Source: Schmidtea polychroa | Taxonomy: Eukaryota | Length of the DNA: 64,000 nucleotides | Direction of reading: 5' to 3' | Assembly: GCA_044892525.1 (NCBI GenBank) | Contig: CM097885.1 | Location: forward strand, 30,630,001-30,694,000 | Part shown: piece after piece, positions 59,207 to 64,000 of the stretch | Numbering within the stretch: the stretch's first letter is position 1 | How the letters are laid out: every line of letters starts with the position of its first letter | Translations under genes and position numbers: made by a program | Notes under the pieces: model-generated | The model's database searches: none | The model's input: the letters and a program-made list of their open reading frames with translations, nothing else | Told to the model about the DNA's origin: nothing

Positions 59207-61540
59207 CCTAAAATGGATAACCTAATAAATAAAATACTTACTAATTATTTTTTGTTGTTTTATTTTGTTTTTATTTTTTTGGTGAAAATGTTTTATTTTG
59301 TTATTAGATAATCTTTAGTAGACTTGCTAGCCAGAATTTCTGTGCTATGCGAACCAGAAGAACATTAAGGATCTTGAAGTAACCCTGATTGCTGAAGAAC
59401 AAAGCCTTCAGATGTAAATGTTTTCCTTTTATTAATTTTTTTGACTTTGGATCGAATCTAAATCTTTCAATTTCAATGTTGCTATAGTTGTTTCGATTTA
59501 GGACTTTTTTGAATATTGTTTGATGAATTCTTCTAGCAAAGGCTTATTGTAAGGGTAATTAATTATTTTAAATATAAATTTAATTAATAAACTTCAAATG
59601 ATTTGCTACACGGCATTTAAACTGATTGACAGGCCTTTATTATTTATCCGAGAATTCGAATATCATGTGGAATAGAATCTGTCTAACAAATATCGGGGAT
59701 TGTTTAATATAAAATTCAAAAATCAAATGATTCTTTAAACAAATACAGTGAATGCAAAATGGTGAATTTAAATTGATTAATCATTGCAATAAAATTGATT
59801 AATTTTGTCGTTGAAATTCGTCTGAACGACAAATCAATATTTTGTATTCAAAGCACTTCAGTGTCCAAAGTGTAAATTGATTCAGGAATGCAGAAAATTA
59901 TGCTAATTAAGTCGCAATTTTACTAATTTTGACCTAAGATTTGTTTACATTGTTATAATTTTAATTAAGGTTTATTATTTCTATACAGCGGTTAATCATA
60001 ATTCAAGAGTATAAATTAATCTAGAAAAAATCACAGTATCCTAAAAGAAGTAGGAAACTTTAACTAAGAAATTGACTCCAATTTATATCAAGATATTAAA
60101 AAATAAATGAAAATTTTCATAAAATAAAAAACACAATAACATTAAAAAAATATTTTGCGTCCAATTACATATTCCAATATATTTTTATCCATTTCCCAGT
60201 ATATTTTATTTATGTAATTTTTTTGAGACAAAGGAGTTAATTATATAATTACCAAAATTCGTGACGTTACGAAAAGCAGCCAATTAAATTTAACATTGTC
60301 CAATAATAATTCCAGCCAATTAAATTTCACCGAACTTGATGCCAAAAATTGTCAGCAATGACAAATGCTATGACTCAATGGAATAGAAAATGTATTACTT
60401 AACTCTAATCGACATACATTACATTCAAAAGTTTTTTTCAATTTATTTAATTATTTTTCATTAAATCGTTTACCTATGAACTTATTGTGCCATTTATAAA
60501 AATTTTACTTGCAAATATGAAGTGCGTTGGAGGAGTTTCAATAATTTGTTGCATGTCATACATAAAATCGATGAACGTGTTCAAATTGTTAGAAATAACC
60601 ATAATTAATTACCTTCCATATTCGATGTGTTTCAAGGGGACCAGTTTAACAATCACTGAAAAATTTCATTTAATTAACATTCACAAATTTTCCAATTTTT
60701 CGTTAATATTATCTAGTTAACCAACACAATTGTGTATAAATATTTAATTCCTAAAAACAAACATGTTCATGATAAATATTATGTCATTCTTAACCCTATT
60801 GCCTATTAATAATACCAACAGATGAGCTAACACGCATCTCCATATCAATCAAACAATTACGTCATTTCATTATTAAATAATAGTTGAATTTGATAAATAT
60901 AAAGACAAATTTGAGAATATAAAGTTTTACATAATTACAAACCGAAAATGTGAGTAATTTTACTATTACTAATTTAAAAAAGTCTTTATCAATAAGAAAC
61001 TGCTCTCATTTTCAAGTCATTGTCAGTAACCCACACTTGAGTTTAGCTTCCAATAATCATTCATCAATCTGATATGAAATTATAGTAAATGAAATTGTAT
61101 TCAAACTTTCCTGAAATTGCCTCCAGTATAAATATTTCTTGCAATTTCATAAAAAATTCATTTCCTTTTAGTAACAAATTTGTACAGTCATTAATAACTC
61201 ATCAGACAACTTCCTCTACAAGTTTGCAAAAACAACCAAATCTAAAATTGAAATGAAAATTGGATCAAATAAACACTGATATTTAGTAATAGCATGCTAA
61301 AACGAAAATGTCCTCGTCAATGAAATTTACGACACTAAGCAAATATGGATTTTTAAATCGACGCTTTAAGCATAAAAAGTTTATTAAAATTTCATTTACT
61401 TCCATAAATATCAAATGTTACCAAATTCATAAATAGCAATATATTTCCCCAAAATAATAAAACTAAACTACTTTAAGAAAAATTTATACAAGTGTTCAAT
61501 AAAAATTAACCAAAATTTTATTAAATTTCAAATCGAAAAT

Positions 61541-62919
<1,379 letters not shown>

Positions 62920-64000
62920 TTTGTTTTTGAATAATTTTAATGAGGAACGTGAGTATTTATATTTTCTTTGTTATAAAAGTGTTGTCAGTCTTAACAACAG
63001 AAACTATATCTTTAAAACAATTTTCAATATTTATATTGATAAATGATATTATTGAAAATTTGTAAATATTGAAATTTTTTACACTAAACGATCGAAATAA
63101 TTTAAATAAATGTTTTATTTAATAAATGTTAATAAATTTATTTTTTGAGATTTTAGCAAATACAATAATTAAAAATAATGAATTAACATTTGGAAGCAAT
63201 TTTTGGTTTAATAAACTGAATATCGACGTTATGTGAAAGACATTCTATGGAATAACTTAATATGTGGACATTATTAATTATTTTATAAATTAAAATCAAA
63301 ATGAAATAATAAATAGGTCATCCGTGATCTGTTTTTTGAAATTTCTTTAAATTTCATTTTATTTAAAAAGTAACTCTAGAAAAAGGCAAAGTAGAAAATT
63401 TGTGTTAAGTTTAATAAAAAATATTTGATTTTTTGCTAAAATAAAAAATTTAAAACGAATTCTATTGATTCTATAAAGAACATTGATTAAGATAAAAAAA
63501 TGGTTTTTACAATAACATGATTTAAGAATTTTGTAAGACAAAAATAGGCAGTTTTTATTTTAAGGCCTGAGTTCTGGATCAATGAATTTTTCAGGTTATT
63601 TAACCTTCACTAAGGAGCGCCAAATGATTGTTGCTAGATTTGGAATCAACTCTTCACGCCTTTACGACTATTTTACTTTTTCTGCCTGTGCACCCATGTC
63701 AACGACCTTAATTGGTAATGTATAATGTGGCTGAAAATAAATGAGTAGGTGAGATCTATTCCTGAAACTACTCATTACACTTTCATTTTCGGGTTCATAA
63801 CTTCCAATTGCCTTATCGTTGCTAGATCATTACAAATTGCTTATATTTCTAATTCGAACCTAAATTGATTCTAATTACGAGAGGATTTTATAATACCACC
63901 TAAAAACTAAGTCTTCTCTATGTTTACTCAAAATCTACCTCCTTTTTATTATTACCAACCTAATTCGCTATACTCAATAAAAAGTTGTCAGTTGTTGACC

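Overview
Very AT-rich eukaryotic DNA with many 43-53 nt GT-AG introns, most consistent with a triclad flatworm (planarian-like); the taxon is inferred, not proven. There are four host genes, all on the minus strand: mitochondrial DNA polymerase gamma (12 exons reconstructed, ~1017 aa, 3' end beyond the left edge), an SLC9A Na+/H+ exchanger in one 660-aa ORF, a type II membrane protein with TSP1 repeats, and a beta-tubulin. The rest is mostly transposon debris: a decayed ~5.4 kb NeSL/R2-group non-LTR retrotransposon with a restriction-like endonuclease, hAT and piggyBac MITEs with TIRs and TSDs, and MULE, Merlin, hAT, piggyBac and Tc1-like transposase remnants. Four signals stand out. (1) A ~230-250 nt four-hairpin leader at the retrotransposon 5' end recurs as diverged, covarying copies at 28.7, 38.6 and 40.8 kb; its first hairpin is near-antisense to the 5' end of the planarian spliced leader. 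(2) An intact minimal hammerhead ribozyme sits behind a U1-like 15-mer. (3) There is a decayed chuvirus-type env glycoprotein. (4) A small coiled-coil ORF family occurs twice. All alignments and folds were done by eye; no database searches were run.
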